Of a stretch of 64,000 nucleotides of DNA, positions 40,101 through 55,100 are shown piece after piece. The translations under genes and the position numbers were made by a program. Numbering within the stretch: position 1 is the first letter of the stretch; every line of letters begins with the position of its first letter. Origin of the DNA: Hydrolagus colliei (Eukaryota); contig CM068756.1 of NCBI GenBank assembly GCA_035084275.1, positions 5,084,001 through 5,148,000 on the forward strand, read 5' to 3'. The notes beneath the pieces are model-generated. The model saw only the letters and a program-made list of their open reading frames with translations, made no database searches and was not told where the DNA came from.

Positions 40101-43100
40101 ACATTAGCAGCCCCATTAGGCTCTGTCCTGTCTGTTTCTCATACTTTCCATTTTAATTGGTGAATTACGTTTTCCATTGCATTGGCAACATTAGAGAGAA
40201 TGGATGCCTTGTAAATTTCTTATTTGATTGTTTGATTTGCACATGCAGTATGTAGACAGCAAATAAAGAACAATGATTCATGCTTGTTAATTACTGTTTG
40301 GCAGCCAACAGCAATACAATGAGTGATTTAATGAAGGCTTGTCTCATTCTTGATGAAATTCATGAATTCTTTCCATATACAAAGTAGCAACGTAATTCAC
40401 TTGGGCCTTTAATGTGTATGAGATATGGGCCATTCAATCTCAGGGAAGAACCATTATAAGTCACTATCAACAGTGAGATATCCTCCAATTGTGGAAAAAA
40501 AAGTTCCAACAACGTTACAGTGAAATTTTCTATATCACACCCATGTGTGTTTCAGACGAGCTATTGCACAAAGTCGATAGCGTTTATGCAATGAATTTCT
40601 TCAGTTCTTGGCATGGCCGCAAGATTTCATACTGATGGATGACACATTACCTAAAGTGAAGGGATGGTGGGAGAGAAACTGACAATAGACTTTCCCCATC
40701 CGAAACCATCCGAGTTACACAAGAGGGAAAAAACAACTCTTGGATGTTTTGGAAATTCAAGGATTCAATCAATTGTTTTGTAGAAGTCAGGATTTTGGTT
40801 TTCACCTGTCACAATATGGGGAACTTTATCAGCCCCTCCAAATAGTCCTTATTATCAGTTTACCAATGTGTCATGTGCAACTGAAGATTACTTTACTCCA
40901 GATGTTGTTGCAGCAATCTCAGCAGTATTTAGTGTAAATAAACATTTTTACTATGAAGATACGGGTGGGATTAAACCCATCTCTGTGACTCTCTGTAATG
41001 TTTTGTACTGACATAGGCAGAAATCTGGAATTGCAAAACATTGCAAAAAATGGATTCAGTTCCTTTGTAATGATCCATTACTTACCCTTGGGGTTACAGA
41101 GTCTAAGAATAAAAACTACCTTGTTGTCTTGTTGATAAATTTGGAACCAAGAGTTGGTTATTCCCATGGTACTGTCTAAGCACTAGATTTAATACAACAA
41201 CAAATTGCATTTATATACTGCTTGTCACAAGAGGAGGACGTCCCAAGGTGCTGGATATTCGACGGTTTGGACCCGAGCTGATGGTTGAATTTTTTAGAGG
41301 GGTGGGAAGAAGGTCGAGGGCACAATCAAAGAAGAATGCCTTGAGATGGACCTTGAAGGAGATGAAGGAAGGGGTGTGGTGAATGAACTTCAGGATGGAG
41401 TTCTGGGATGGTGAAAAAACGAATCTTCGAGAAACTATCCAAAAGTACCATCTATCAGCAACAATAACAAAAGTACATTTGTATAGTGCCTTCCTTGTTG
41501 GGAGGACGTCCCAAGGCACTGGATAATAAGTACATGAAAATAAAAATCGCTTTCAAAAAAAATTATTTTTCACATGAAATAAAGCTCTATATTATTATTT
41601 TCTTTTCAATTATTAAAGAACAATATAAATGGCCTCCAGTCCACCTTAAATTGATCAGATATAGGAGGTGGCATGACACCCACTCTCGTTTTAAGTGGAA
41701 ATCGAACAGAAGGATTGGGAAGGTCTGAACTGAAAAACGTTTAATATTTCAAGAGTACCGGTTTTGAAGCTGAAATTTACAATGATTTTTGTGTTCTGTG
41801 CTGAACGTAACAGAATCAAATAACAATGGTTTTGCACAACTGCAAATAAATTGGAGCTTGTTTAACATGGGAAATGATTACCATTTGGCATCGTAGAATG
41901 GATTAAAAATCGATTTTACTTCTGATGATTTTCATAAAACAATTAATTCATAATTCCAGAAAGCTGCTTTTAAATGAAATCGCTGCTGGTTATCCAGGTG
42001 CAGGTGTAACTTACTGACCATTGCCTGGGTGCTGGATGGAGGGTGAGAACTCTTTGGCAGTGATCCTGGCAAGCTGACATTCCTCCTGAGCTTTCTGAGC
42101 AGCTGCTACAGCCCCCTCGGACTTTGACTTGGCATGTGCTGTCCTGCGAGGAACATAAAGCAACAAATCCTTTCAGAGAACATGCCAACAGGAGAGACAA
42201 GGGAACAGAGAGAAATGGAGGGAGACTGGGAGAGGGTAGGATGAACAGAGGGTTTCCAGAGTAAAACACTGGCAAGGACCTGTTGGGCCAAGCAACTTGT
42301 TTTGGAGCAGTAGATTCTAATGTAATAAGGTACGGCTGTAACCAGGTCTAGTGATAAAATCTATGCAATAACTTCTGAAACCTATAAAAACATTGTGTTC
42401 AACTTATTCACAATCAGCACCAACATCATGCATTAATGTAATTTTGTTGTTGTTAAGTAGCACCCTTTACATAGAGTAAAGCGTCGGAGCATATTATAGA
42501 GATGATGCCAGACGCCACACAGGGTGAGGTATTTCAAGGTTCTAGCTGTCTTCATAAAGGATTTAGCTCCAAAAAAAAGGAAAATGACAGTAAAAATATT
42601 GTTTTATATTGCAGAGCATGTTAATCTAATGTTTTTATGTTTCATTGAGCTTTTGAGCAAATTGATTGGGGCCTATTGAAAAGGACAATGGCATTTTTGA
42701 TAGAAATCTGTTCACGAAATGATGTCATCACAAGGCAGCTTTTTATTTAATAACTTTAACACTGATGCAGGCCCTGATAAATGGCATCTCATTCCCCAGT
42801 GCTCATTATTTTACCATAAATCGTTAATGTTTTGCTTAGCAATGGAGGAAAGAGCTGAGTAAGAGGGAATCGGTGAGCTGCACAATTAGATTTGTGGTGA
42901 CTGTGTAGATTCTTGCGTCTGACTAGTTCTGCCTCAGCTGGTAAATCTTGCTGTAACCAGGTCTGTAGTGATAAAATGCTGGACTGGGAAGAGGAATTAA
43001 GCTTTATTTGGAATGCATGTGCAAATATCAACAAATAAGTCAATGCTTTGGGATAATGTTGCACAGAAATGAAGGATTTTCAAAAAGTCATGATAAATTA

Positions 43101-46100
43101 TTGGATATAAGACTGGTCTCATATTCTGAAAATGTGAAAAATATATATTTATAATGGATTCTTCAGAAAACATGATTTGATTGGATGGTGAGGAGACATT
43201 AATCCACGTTAGCAACCCGCATTCTACAAGCACACAATTTAAATTTAAAAATTCTACCACAACAGTTTCGATTCACTAACAGTCATGAAGAATGACCTGG
43301 GATATTAGGTTTATGCTGGAAAAGAGGCCATCAGCTAATTAAGCAGGAGGAATTTACTCTCATTCCCTTACTGCAGAAAAATAATCCATTGGGTTATTCA
43401 TTATAGTCTTAATGGGTATCAAAATATATTACGCTTATTATGAATGTATCAGCATGTTTTATGCTAGAAAGGGGTAATGTATTTAGAGTACATTCACTAG
43501 CTGGAAGTCCCCTATTCGCTGCAGTCATTAGTGAATTCAGCATTCCTTCGTTTTTAACTGGGACTTTCAGCTCACAGACCAGTATGATACCATAGTGCAA
43601 TGCTGGTGGGGTGTTGCATTGTCAAATGTGCTGTCCTTTGGACGAAGACAATAAGAGTTTTCCCGACCTCCATTGGCTCTGAGTGGATTGACTTCCAGAT
43701 CCTTTGCCTACAAATTCCCTCATATCATCCCCTGTGACCCCCACCTTCTGTAATTCCCTCCCTCAACCTTTGTTTCTCACCCATTTCTATCGGTTTACAA
43801 AAGTGACCTAAAAATGACTTCTTCTTTTGTGCCTTGATCACCCCCTCCCTTCCTCAAGCTCTTGCTCAGTGTCCAGTATTGGCTCTGCAAAGTGTTCTTA
43901 CATGTTTCTCTTTCTGAAGGGCGCCATCTGAATACACGTGGCTGTCGTGCCTTGGTATTGATATTACTATAATGGAGTATTGCAGCAATAAAAAATTTGA
44001 GTGGCATATTTTCTAAAAGAAAACACAATAATTTTTTTGGGAGGGGTGGTGGGGGGTGGGCGGGGGGGAGAAGTAAAATGGAATATAGTATGCTCCTCAA
44101 AGTAAGAGATGTCTACGGTCGACAAAGGCAGTTTATAGCATACTGGAAACCTGGAAACACAGAGAAAGATGAGTCCAGAATAAAAAAACAATAGTGTCAT
44201 CCCTGTTGCTGTAGATAGTTTAAGTGATGTATTGAAAATGAATTGCCTCCCACCTCATTGAACTCATTGCTTGCAAGGAACTATTTACAGTTTGCAATGT
44301 CATGACACTTCTCGAGGTATTTAATCTTCTGGAGCAGGTGGATACTACAATTGACTCCCAAAGATAAGCGGACCGGAAGCCTGAGCACTGTCATTTCAAG
44401 AAAATAACATTTAGAGTACAGCCTGCGTTACTCTCTCCAGGTGGTCTCTATACTTAACGCTTAGACCTCCGACGGGTCGGCAACCATTTCTGTCTGTGTC
44501 ACCCGACTAATCCTCTACCTTTTCATTGTGGTGCAATGAAGATTTTAATACGTGCGTTTGTCACAACCTACTTCATCACATTCAAAACATCTCAAAGCGT
44601 TTCAGATAACAAGTCATTTGTAAAGTGTACTCAGTGTTGTTGTATAGGAAAACAGTAATAAAGCTATAAAAACATTATGATACACAGTATATTGCTGTAA
44701 TATTATGTTCAATGTTAAATTAAAACATGCACAAAGGCTGCAGTTTACTCACCAGTACTCTCCCAGTTGCCACTATTTTTCTTTCTATTTTCATATAAAT
44801 ATTTATCTTCCACTATTACACAGCCAATTAATAGATAGAAGATGGATGATTGACAGCATCACATAGCAGCTAATAACCCTGTTACTCTCTTAAGGGTTAA
44901 ACAAGCACCCAATATGATACTCCAGATTAATTAAATAAATGAAAATGCATTTATCCTGTTTAAAATATACAAAAGAAGTCTTTATGTGCCCAGGTGTGTG
45001 CAAGTCCCTCTGCACAAAGCAAATGTTCCCAATTTTTCAGGCTATTAATAAGCATTGGGATTCGCTGCCATGGTCAGAAACTGGTTGGAATCTGTATCAT
45101 ACATTTTATTCCATTGAAATTCCTATCAACTCCATAAAGCAACAACACTGGTTGTTCTTCTGCATGATGATATTCACCAGTTCTCTCCACCCACTCTTCT
45201 CCTGTGGGTGTTTAACTCTGCTTTTTTACTTTTACTGGGAAGAATCACAGTTAAGCCTGATTCTGTCTGGAGTGGATTTTCCCAGTGTACTTCCAGCAAG
45301 ATTGAAAACCAGGGGAATCAGTTGCACATTAACAAGTGTGTGCTTGGGTGGCATTAGATAATCAGAGAAGAGAATTTGCAATGTCCATACTTAATGTGCA
45401 ACTGTCAATCCAAGCATTGTCACTCCTAGCTGGTAAACTCTATCTAGGATTGACAATCCCGGTGAATCCCTACGCTCATTATCAGGGCATTTCAGTACAG
45501 TGAATAGTTTGACACCAGTGTCAAACCGGCTCCTCGGGCAAGAACCATCTGGAGTCTTCTTACACAACAGATGTAACCCAGAACCCAGCCTCTCCTCTAA
45601 GACATCCTTCCAACTAACCTTCTGTTTTTCCTTGGTCAATAAATGATTACGTTGCACAATTTGCCTACGATCCACTTGTGAAATGCTCTACAAGACGCAG
45701 GCTTGAAAATGCACCAGGGTAGAAACGCATAATCTGTTGTTGTTGTTTTTAATCACATGTGGGTGCTGTGGAAGATTACACAATAACCTCATGACAAGGT
45801 TGGCGTTTCTGTGAGCTGTCTCTTATCGAGCTGCATTTTTTTTAACAGAAAAATTATACAACGGAACAGAGAGGAGGAGGAGGAGGGTTTAACAAACAAA
45901 TCCCTGCAGAAACAACCTGCAGTAATGGACTGATTTTTGTCTTTTGAACAAGACAAAAGACAATTTTTCGAAAACACATATCTTAACAAGAATTTTCAAC
46001 TGATGAACGAATGATTCAACAGGACTACAAGAACTTTGTACATTATTGAACGACATTTTAATGTCAGGATTCGCACTCCCCATCTTATTTGCAGCCTTTC

Positions 46101-49100
46101 TCCTTTCGGCCCCGTTGTGATTATCATGTTCTGTTTCCCCTGCTGGTCAGCTATTGCTCCAGGTCTTCAGTGTGTGTTTGTCCCAGGATATTTGCAATGA
46201 AATCCCTGGCCTCCAGCCAAAATAATCGCTGCCACACCTGAAATCCTCCTCCTCACTCTAGAAACTGACCATTTTTTTATCCCTCTCCGATTTCATGTGT
46301 TGATTTCAAAATCTGGTGGCACGATTCAGTTTGAAACCCTCTCTGAATAATAATAATAATTATAATACAGTACTAATAATCTTTGCATTTGATATAGCGC
46401 TTTTCACGTCCTCTGGACGTCTCAAAGCCTTTCACAGAATATACTGTAAAATGAATTGACTGTGTATACCTGTGGGATAGTGAAATGTTGAAGTGTATTC
46501 CAGATCAGTTTGATTTGTGTGCTAGATAGTTGTTTCCATTTCTTGCTAAGGCCACCTCTAATCTCCTGCTTTCCTGTCCACCTACAGAATTTTCAGGTTT
46601 CCACATCCAGAATGCTTATCACGATCTCATTCTTTTCCAAGACTATACCCAACACACTCTTCCTTCCCCTCACCCCTACCTCCCCTCCCCCCCCACCCCA
46701 CCCACCCACTTTCACTCGCAAGAATAATCTCTACATAACATTTTGAAACATCCACAAAGATATTTCCTTACACATATATAGTATATATAAAAAGGGAAAT
46801 TAAATGATTAATTTTATATTATCTTTTTCATTTAGATACTCACACAGGTGAGGCAAACGGACCTTTTCTTTATTCAATGCATTTTTTAACTAGACTCCAA
46901 CCAGGCAAACAACAAATGCAGCCGAGAGGAACGCTGCATCAGAAAACTCGTAGAAAATGAGAATAACCTTTGTGCCCCAGTTCCCATACTGAAAATGTAT
47001 TTAAATAATTCTAGGCAACACCCTGTGATAAATTACTCAGGCACTGAAATTTGATGCAGTGAGAGTGATTCGCAGCCAGCAGACTGCAGTTATACTGCTG
47101 CTGCTTCTGCGTTGTTCTCAATTTGTGCTCAGTCCAAATGAAAGAGAGCCCCCGGCACATGTACAGGGGAGGGGGCTATATGCACAAGGTTTATATTGTT
47201 GTCAAAGAACTGGGAATGTGTCTGGCTCTATAAGGGTGGCTCTACCTTTCTATCACCACCCTTGAGTCCAGGAGCTTTCTCTGTCTTGACGGATTCCCTG
47301 TCAGACATCTAGTCCTGGATAAGAGCCAAGTTTCTCCAGTTGAATGTCGACTAGATCCAAGTCCTCCTGCTTGGGTCTCATCAACGCCTCCTCAACTCAG
47401 ATGCTGAGAGCATCACTATTCACAGATATGCTCTCCACCTCACCAAGCCTGTACGGTACCTTGGTGCCTTGTTTGATACTCAACTGTTCTTTAAATCCTT
47501 TGTATGTGGCACAACATGTTCTGCCTTCCCCCACCTTCACAACATTGTCTGCCTCTGCCCCTGCCAATAAGCCCAATCCTCGCCCAGCTTCATTGGCTCC
47601 CCATCTCTCAGGGAATGGACTTTAAAATCCTCAATGTACCTTCCTACAGACCACATTCTGGCCTCGCTTACATTGCCTCTCATGCTGATTCTTTGGATTC
47701 CGCTTGTGATTTTTGTGTACCACTTCATTTACAAGATTATAAACTATAATCAACATGTCGGTATCCTTTACAAATCTTTTGATGCAATTGTACTTTTAGA
47801 CAAAAGGTTTTTTCTGATTGTGTAAATGTAAACACTCAGCTGCGAAAAACCTCCACAAACGTATTTTGAATGATTCCTAGATGAATTGAAGTGAAAGTCA
47901 TATCCTTTTTGAACGCAACACAAGAGATTAAAACGCAATTTATTCAAACCATAAATTCCACAATGATTTCTGTTTCATGATATCCACCTTCACGTGAGGA
48001 AAGGCTGCAGAATTGTAATGGATACGTTGTGTGCATCTGATTGTTTGAACTGAATTACAGCCTGGCTAGGCTGCCTGAACGGGACACTGTATTTGAAAGG
48101 GTAAAAGCTGCATGTAAAATCGTATAACCAGTCAGTCTGCAATTGAATTATCATCCATTAGGCTCAGACTAAAAGCCCACAGGGACAGCTCTCAAGTCTA
48201 TCTATTCCGTATCCATCCTCTCCTTGGTCATATATTAAACTGACCTTCACTGGAATAACTAACATCTGCTAAATGTCGTTACCTGCAAATTCATTCTGAC
48301 AATCAGAAATGGAGTCTAGCTTTATTTTAATACGACGTTTTTTAAATTATGCATTTGTTTTCTTAACAAGAGTTAAATTGTACAGTGCTGAATTGTACAT
48401 TACTGATCGAATTTCACAACTTTAGGGATAGTTAAAATAGTGTATCGTGCTGTATTTGTCTACAAGACGTAAGATTCTACATGAAGCGGTAGAACAGCCC
48501 CTGATGGTATAATAAATAATCCTTGCATTTGATTTAATGTTTTTCATGTCTTCTGGACGTCTCAAAGCACTTCATAGAATATACCGTAAAGTGAATTGAC
48601 TGTATATTTGTGGGCGAAACGCGGCAGCCAATTACGCACAGCAGTGTCCCACAAACAGCTGTGGATTGAAAAAAGATATACACTTCATTAAAGATGATAT
48701 CGCAGGCAGATGAGGTAATAAAAAAGGCAAAAAATTAATTGCTAGTTTCATATCTAAACATAGAATACAGTAACAAGGAGGTTAGCTTGATCTTGTACAA
48801 AACCATATCAAACGGAGGACTTCACTGCCCAGCCTTTAGTCCTGCAGCATTTTTTTTTAAAAAAGCCTTTTGTTTAAAACCAAATACAGTACTCACTGTA
48901 ACAACAGTATTTCTGATTGTTACAGTGTCTGTTCCAAGTTAGGATTTGCATATTGATAATTTGATTCATATTCTTTTGTTTACATTGCATTTGCAGAAAA
49001 ATATTTTAAAGGTGAGCTCCTTCTTATAGAGACGTATAAAGTCTCAAATCCTTAAGAGATCACTGGGCTGTGATTTGCTACAAAACATTTTAAAGCCTTT

Positions 49101-52100
49101 CATACTCACTCGAGCGTTCGTTTGTAATTACTCATTTACCTCCTCCTCCTCACACCTCTTTTTCCCACCGCTGGTGGGACTGTCATTTCTTAATAACACT
49201 GTTAATTAATTGTTGTCTCATTAAATAATTACACTCCTCTAATCTAATGGTAATAATTGACTTTTCTAATTGGCTTCTGAAAGCAAAGGTGATTATTTTA
49301 TTGGAGTGAAATGTCAGTGGACTCAATATTACAATTATAATCAATGATAACTATTTAACATGAGATTGTAAGTTAATGATGTTTATCACCAGTGAGAGTG
49401 AACTCATATATTATTCTGATGAGACAATCAATAAGCATCCGGTGATGATTATCAAATTGAGTGAGTTACCAAAGTTGCCTATTTTTTACCTCCATGTTTG
49501 TTTGCTTTATAGCTAAAACCATCTCTGGTTTGGCAAAGCCCCCAAATTACATGTGGCTTATTATTGTCAAATATGTGCCTACAGGATTCCCCTCACAGGC
49601 TTCAATGTGCACTAAATGAACTGTTCTGTCATGAGTTGAATTTATTCCTCAATTCACCAGACCTTTCATGTGAACAGTGCATGTGTTAAACCTTGGCAAT
49701 AACATTCAGGGGCAGTATGAAGATTGGAAGCTTTCATAACTGGATTTCAAGAGACCCATTTGCTTGTTAGAATATAAAAGAAAGCCGTCAAAGCACTGAT
49801 TTACTTTTAAACTGATGGCTATAATTACTAGATCAGGGTTGAGGAGTAACTGCACAAGCATTAGATTGCTCTCACTTCTCAGTAAGACAGTAACTAGAAA
49901 CCATGCTTCTCTCATTTTGACCTTGAAGTCGTCATAAAGACGGATGACCACAGGGTATCCAATTTCCCTGCTCAAATACTGGAGGTGTAAGTAGATGTAA
50001 GTAGGTGTTTTGCAGTCTTGTTCAACTGTCTTATAAGAATCTCAAGAAATTGTGCTCAATGAACCTTGTCTCCTTCTATTCAAGTCTATGTTTTTATCGT
50101 GCTTGGCATGTAGAACCACTGCTGCATCTACAGAAAGAGGCAGAAAGGTTTAAAAGCCCTTTATATCAATATTCAGAAATGATTGTTACTGTTTACAGCC
50201 TTGTTGAAGCACTGCCCTCGCTTGAATAGGATTCCAGCCAGGTTATCCACAGTGCAAATGTTTCCAGATTCACAATATGTACCAGTGGGTGCTCTGTGGC
50301 ATTTGTACTGCAAGAGATCACACTGGTAAATGTTGCAGTTTTAGAAATATTCATATTTTGAATATTTTTTCCACATAATTAATCTTTGAGAAATACTAGT
50401 TCTCCACACATTACATTGAATATAAATTTGCAGATTTGTATTGTGAACTGGTACATTTTCTCTGGTCCCGAATCTATCCTTTGCTTAATTCATTTCAGTG
50501 TTTGGTAAAGAAATGCTGTTTGTTCGTATCAGTTTGCTATAATCGAGCTTCCATTCTGGCAGTTCAGTGCTGGTTCACTCATATCTGCATTGTCTCCAAT
50601 CCCAGGAGCATTTGTAAGCAGAAGCTTGCTAATCTTGCCTCGAGCATAAATTTGCATCGATGATCACTACAAGCTTGGAGAAGTATTAAAATGGGCAGCT
50701 TTCCCTTCATTAATACAGTTACATTTGGTTGGAAGGAAATGGAAAACCTTACCTCAGATTACCACTTGAGATGCTAACCTGGAAACATTCCTTATTCCAT
50801 GACAACAAAAGAAGACTTTTTTTAGTAACACAAAACTGGATTTTTAATAATAGCAACAAGAATTATTTTTTGAGCAAAGCCCAATATGAATTATACTATT
50901 GCATTTGTATCACAGCAATGCAAATCAACGTGTTGGCCCATCTCAATGTAGTCTTAACATCCACACTGTTTGTGGGATACTACTGTGCGTAATTGGCTAC
51001 CGCATTTCGCCCACAAATATACAGTCAATTCATTTTACAGTATATTCTGGATGCGCTTTGAGACATCTAGAAGACGCGAAAAGCACTATATTAAATGCAA
51101 GGATTATTAGCATTTATTCTTATTTGTACTTTTGCTTGAGGCTGAATTTTGTATTCGTTTCCTATTGTATTCTATGCTCTGTCCAAAAAAAGGGCCAATT
51201 GCTTCTAAATTCTTCATGCTTTTAAAACCCTTTAAGGCAAGTAACTCTCGCATTCAATTTTATTATATTTGGATTTGTGTGTTGCCAGAGAAATAATTTA
51301 ATGGGAAGGCATTAATTTGTTACAAATTGTCACGGTATACTAGGGTCCAGCGATATATCGGTATATTGCTAAAATCCGATATAATTTTCATATCGATACG
51401 CCGATATAGGCATTTCAAAAATATCGATATATTGAAAAAGTCGATATATTGGCATGCTCCTGTTGCTCCAACGGTTGCACACGCCATGTTCCCTGCATTG
51501 CCAATACAGTATATGTAACTTTACTAGTCTCGGGCATTCATATGTCACCTAATATTTCCCTGTGTCACAAACCATAGCTTTCAAGAGTAGAAAGTGCAGT
51601 ATTTGGGAAAGGAACATTTTGCCCACAAAACACAGTCACTACATTTGACAGAATATCCTGTGAAGCGCTTTGAGACATCTCGAAGACATGATAAGGCGCT
51701 ATATCAAATGTACAGATTATTATATTACATTGACAACTTGCCAATGCCAGTACTGCACAAAAATAGAACTAAGGCAGTTAAACCTCTTGCTTTTGGAATT
51801 GTTTCCAGAAAGCAGCTTGCTGGTAGGTGGCTCAGTTATTGCTGCCGGTTATTTGGTATCTGAGTCACTGGGTCATAGGTAAATTCATCCGCCCACAATT
51901 CCCACAAAGCGAAGGAAGCAGCACTAATCAGATGAGGGGCATACCCAGGCGGAATGGCGCTGAAGAAGAGAAAATCAGCAAGCAACTTAACCTGTATAAT
52001 TATTGGCCCTCCAGGCTGGCCCTAATTTAGTTTTTAGTAACTAAAGAAGGTGAACACTGGGTCATTAATTCAAAGAAACACTATCTTGTGTCTCAATTTT

Positions 52101-55100
52101 AAAGTAAAAACAATTTCATACTGGCACTTTTGGAGAAGGTAATTTTTAAAAATTAATTTGAATTATTCTCCAATAACTATTTCTATGGTTTCTCCTCACA
52201 GTAAATCCTATTTTGCACTTTGAGTCATCCTCCTGACATGAAAGGCCCTTTATCAAATGGAAGGATTATTATTATTTTATTCAATCGATAATGATTTCTC
52301 CTAAATGCAAGTGATTGTGCATGAACACTGTGCAATTATTCTTTAGTCATGATTTTTTTCACGGCAAATTCATCAAAAGCACATTGCCATCAGTCAGTCA
52401 CTTTTCATTTCACCAACCATGCCCAATAATTGACATTAAATGTAATTATAGCAGCGACAGTAACAGTCTAAGCTTCAACACAGAAACAAAACAGCTTCAA
52501 TTTATTCTTTTTCTCCACAAAAATCATTAAAACGCTTCATGGGAATAAATTCACTTCAAAGAATGTGTCATCATTTTCCCCCCACAGGAATCATAGAAAA
52601 ATGTCACTTGACCTTTTCATTCATTTGGCTGCAGCTCTTATTTTCAAATAAATATCAATATCTTCCCGAGATGCCTGTATATTTGGATGCCACAGTTTGA
52701 GAAACTGTTCAATTGTAACACATTTACTGTGGATTGTTTGCTCCCAAATTTATAGTGTCACTTGGAGTAAATGAGATTATTTTCCAACCAGTTCTGCATT
52801 TCATGACGTAAATCCGGCTCTATTTTGTCGACTGCAATATTAACGAATTGTCAGCTCACAACACAGACGAGCCAAGGGTCTGGTTCCATTCGTAGCACAA
52901 GCCATTTTGTTGATTTGTCTCATTAAATGCTGGAGAGGTACAATATTAATGACTCTTGGTAAGCAGTTCAATTCCCTGTGCAGTTTCTAGTATATTTCTT
53001 GTGCAGCTATAGGGAACATGTATTATGCTTGGTATACATCAGTTCAGCTGCTTTACCTTGATCCTGATTGGGAACCAGTGATTTGCTGGACTGTATAGCG
53101 CAATAGGAAGCCTACAATTTCACCTAGTCTTACTTGCAGGGTTGTTTGTCTTCGATTTTAAAATGGGGCAGAACTGCAGAAAATTCTGAAATTCTGTAAT
53201 GAAATGGAAACCGGTTACTTTGGGAAAAAAACGGAGGGATACCAGTTTCTAAACTGAGACTGGATTTACGTTTACACAATCTTATTTTTAAAAGCTCAGT
53301 ACTGTACTGTGCTGAGAATATTCACAGTTCTAATTGGCATCCTGTTTCCGTGCTTTCTCATTGAAATATGTCCACCTTTCACCTCCCTTTCTGCTCTTAC
53401 CTCTCGAAATCTGTAAAATCGGAAATCAAGTTTGCAGTAATTTTGCAGTTAGGTGTTATTCCTTGGGGACTGAACGAGGCTTACAAGAAGCTAATTTACT
53501 TGTGATATATTGAACAACAGTTACCAAGACAAAGAAGGCTTTTATCTCACTTCTTCAGGCTAGATTTAAAACTGTGTCTGCACAAGTAAAATGTGGTGAT
53601 TAACAGCAGCAGTTTGACCCAGTGGCCCATCTAACCATGCCAAGAGATTATAAGAAACACAGATCACCAGCGGCTTGGGGATCACTAACTCATCCATAGT
53701 TCATCCACGTCCCCAAGCATTTCTGACGTGCTTGCCACGACAAATGTATAATTGCTTGTAGGTTCAGTTGATAAGGATAGAGTAATAGAAATTACAAAAT
53801 TGGATAAGAGAGAGTCAGATGATGCTCTCGATAGTTTTTGCATGAACGCAAAGTACCAGCAGAATTTACAGAACTATCATCTTCCTAAACAGAGATTTCC
53901 TGAGGATAGTGCCTGGCGCAAGGCGAAACGTTGCAGAATGTGTATCAGTACTGAATGCTGAAAGCGCTATTCATATCTTAAAATAATATGTAGCTTAAAC
54001 AAAGACTCGGAGGGACTAAGGATGTCATACCATTGTAACCTCTGCTCCAAGTATCGCTACCATCTCAGGTAGATTAGTCAGTTGAATTCTACAAGGTTCT
54101 GCCACCACATTTTTGACATCAAGAAAAATATTCCTATTGTTTATAAAACAGTAAAAATTCGCTTGGTACTGGAAGTAGGAGAAGGAAGTTTAAGTGCCCT
54201 GAGACACTACCCGGCGTGGACAGCGCTGGAAAAATATGACAAAAACAACAAAATTACATTTATAAATCGCCTTTCATGTCGGGAGGATGTCCCCGAAATA
54301 TGCAAATTGTTGTTGTTGTTCATGATGTCTCCTTGGTTGTGAGGAAGCAAAGCCAGGCAGGTGACTAGGAATGTATTATTGATGGTCAATTCACCTGTTT
54401 GGCTCATTTATGAGATACAGGTAGACCCCGCTTACCGAACGCCCGGTTACCGAAACTTCACTATAACGAGGGTTTCTATTTGTACCATTTCTCCGCTTAA
54501 CAAAGGCTGCTTTCGCTATAACGAATGTTTACACACACTTTAAATCTCGCGGGCTTCTCATGCGCAGCTTCTCATACACAGCTTCTCTCTGGTTGCCCCA
54601 GCAACGCACAATCAGTCTTTAGCGTGCCTCAGTTAATCAATGCAGCCCCTCCCATATGGAAGGAGCTTTAGCGGCAGGATGCTTTGTGGCTTCAATAATA
54701 GTAAGTCGAGATGGGGGTGGGGAATAGAGAGATCGGTGGGGGGGATAGAGAGGAGTGGGATAGAGAGATAGAGAGGAGTGGGGGATAGAGAGGGAGGGGC
54801 AGGGGGATAGAGGGGAGGGGGGCTAGAGAGGGGGGGGATAGAGAGGGAGAGGAGGGCGGGATAGAGAGGGAGGGGAGGGGGGTATAGAGAGAGATAGAGA
54901 TGGCGGGGGGGATAGAGAGTTAGAGAGGGTGTGAGGGTAGAGAGAAAGCGAGGAGGGGTAGAGAGAAAGAGAGGAGGGGGTGGGGTAGAGAGACAGAGAG
55001 GGTGGGGTGTAGAGAGAAAGAGAGGAGGGGGAGGAAGAAAGAAGCGCATCCCGAGTCCGGAAATGCCTGGGCCCAGGTTGCGATATTTCAGTGCGGTGAC

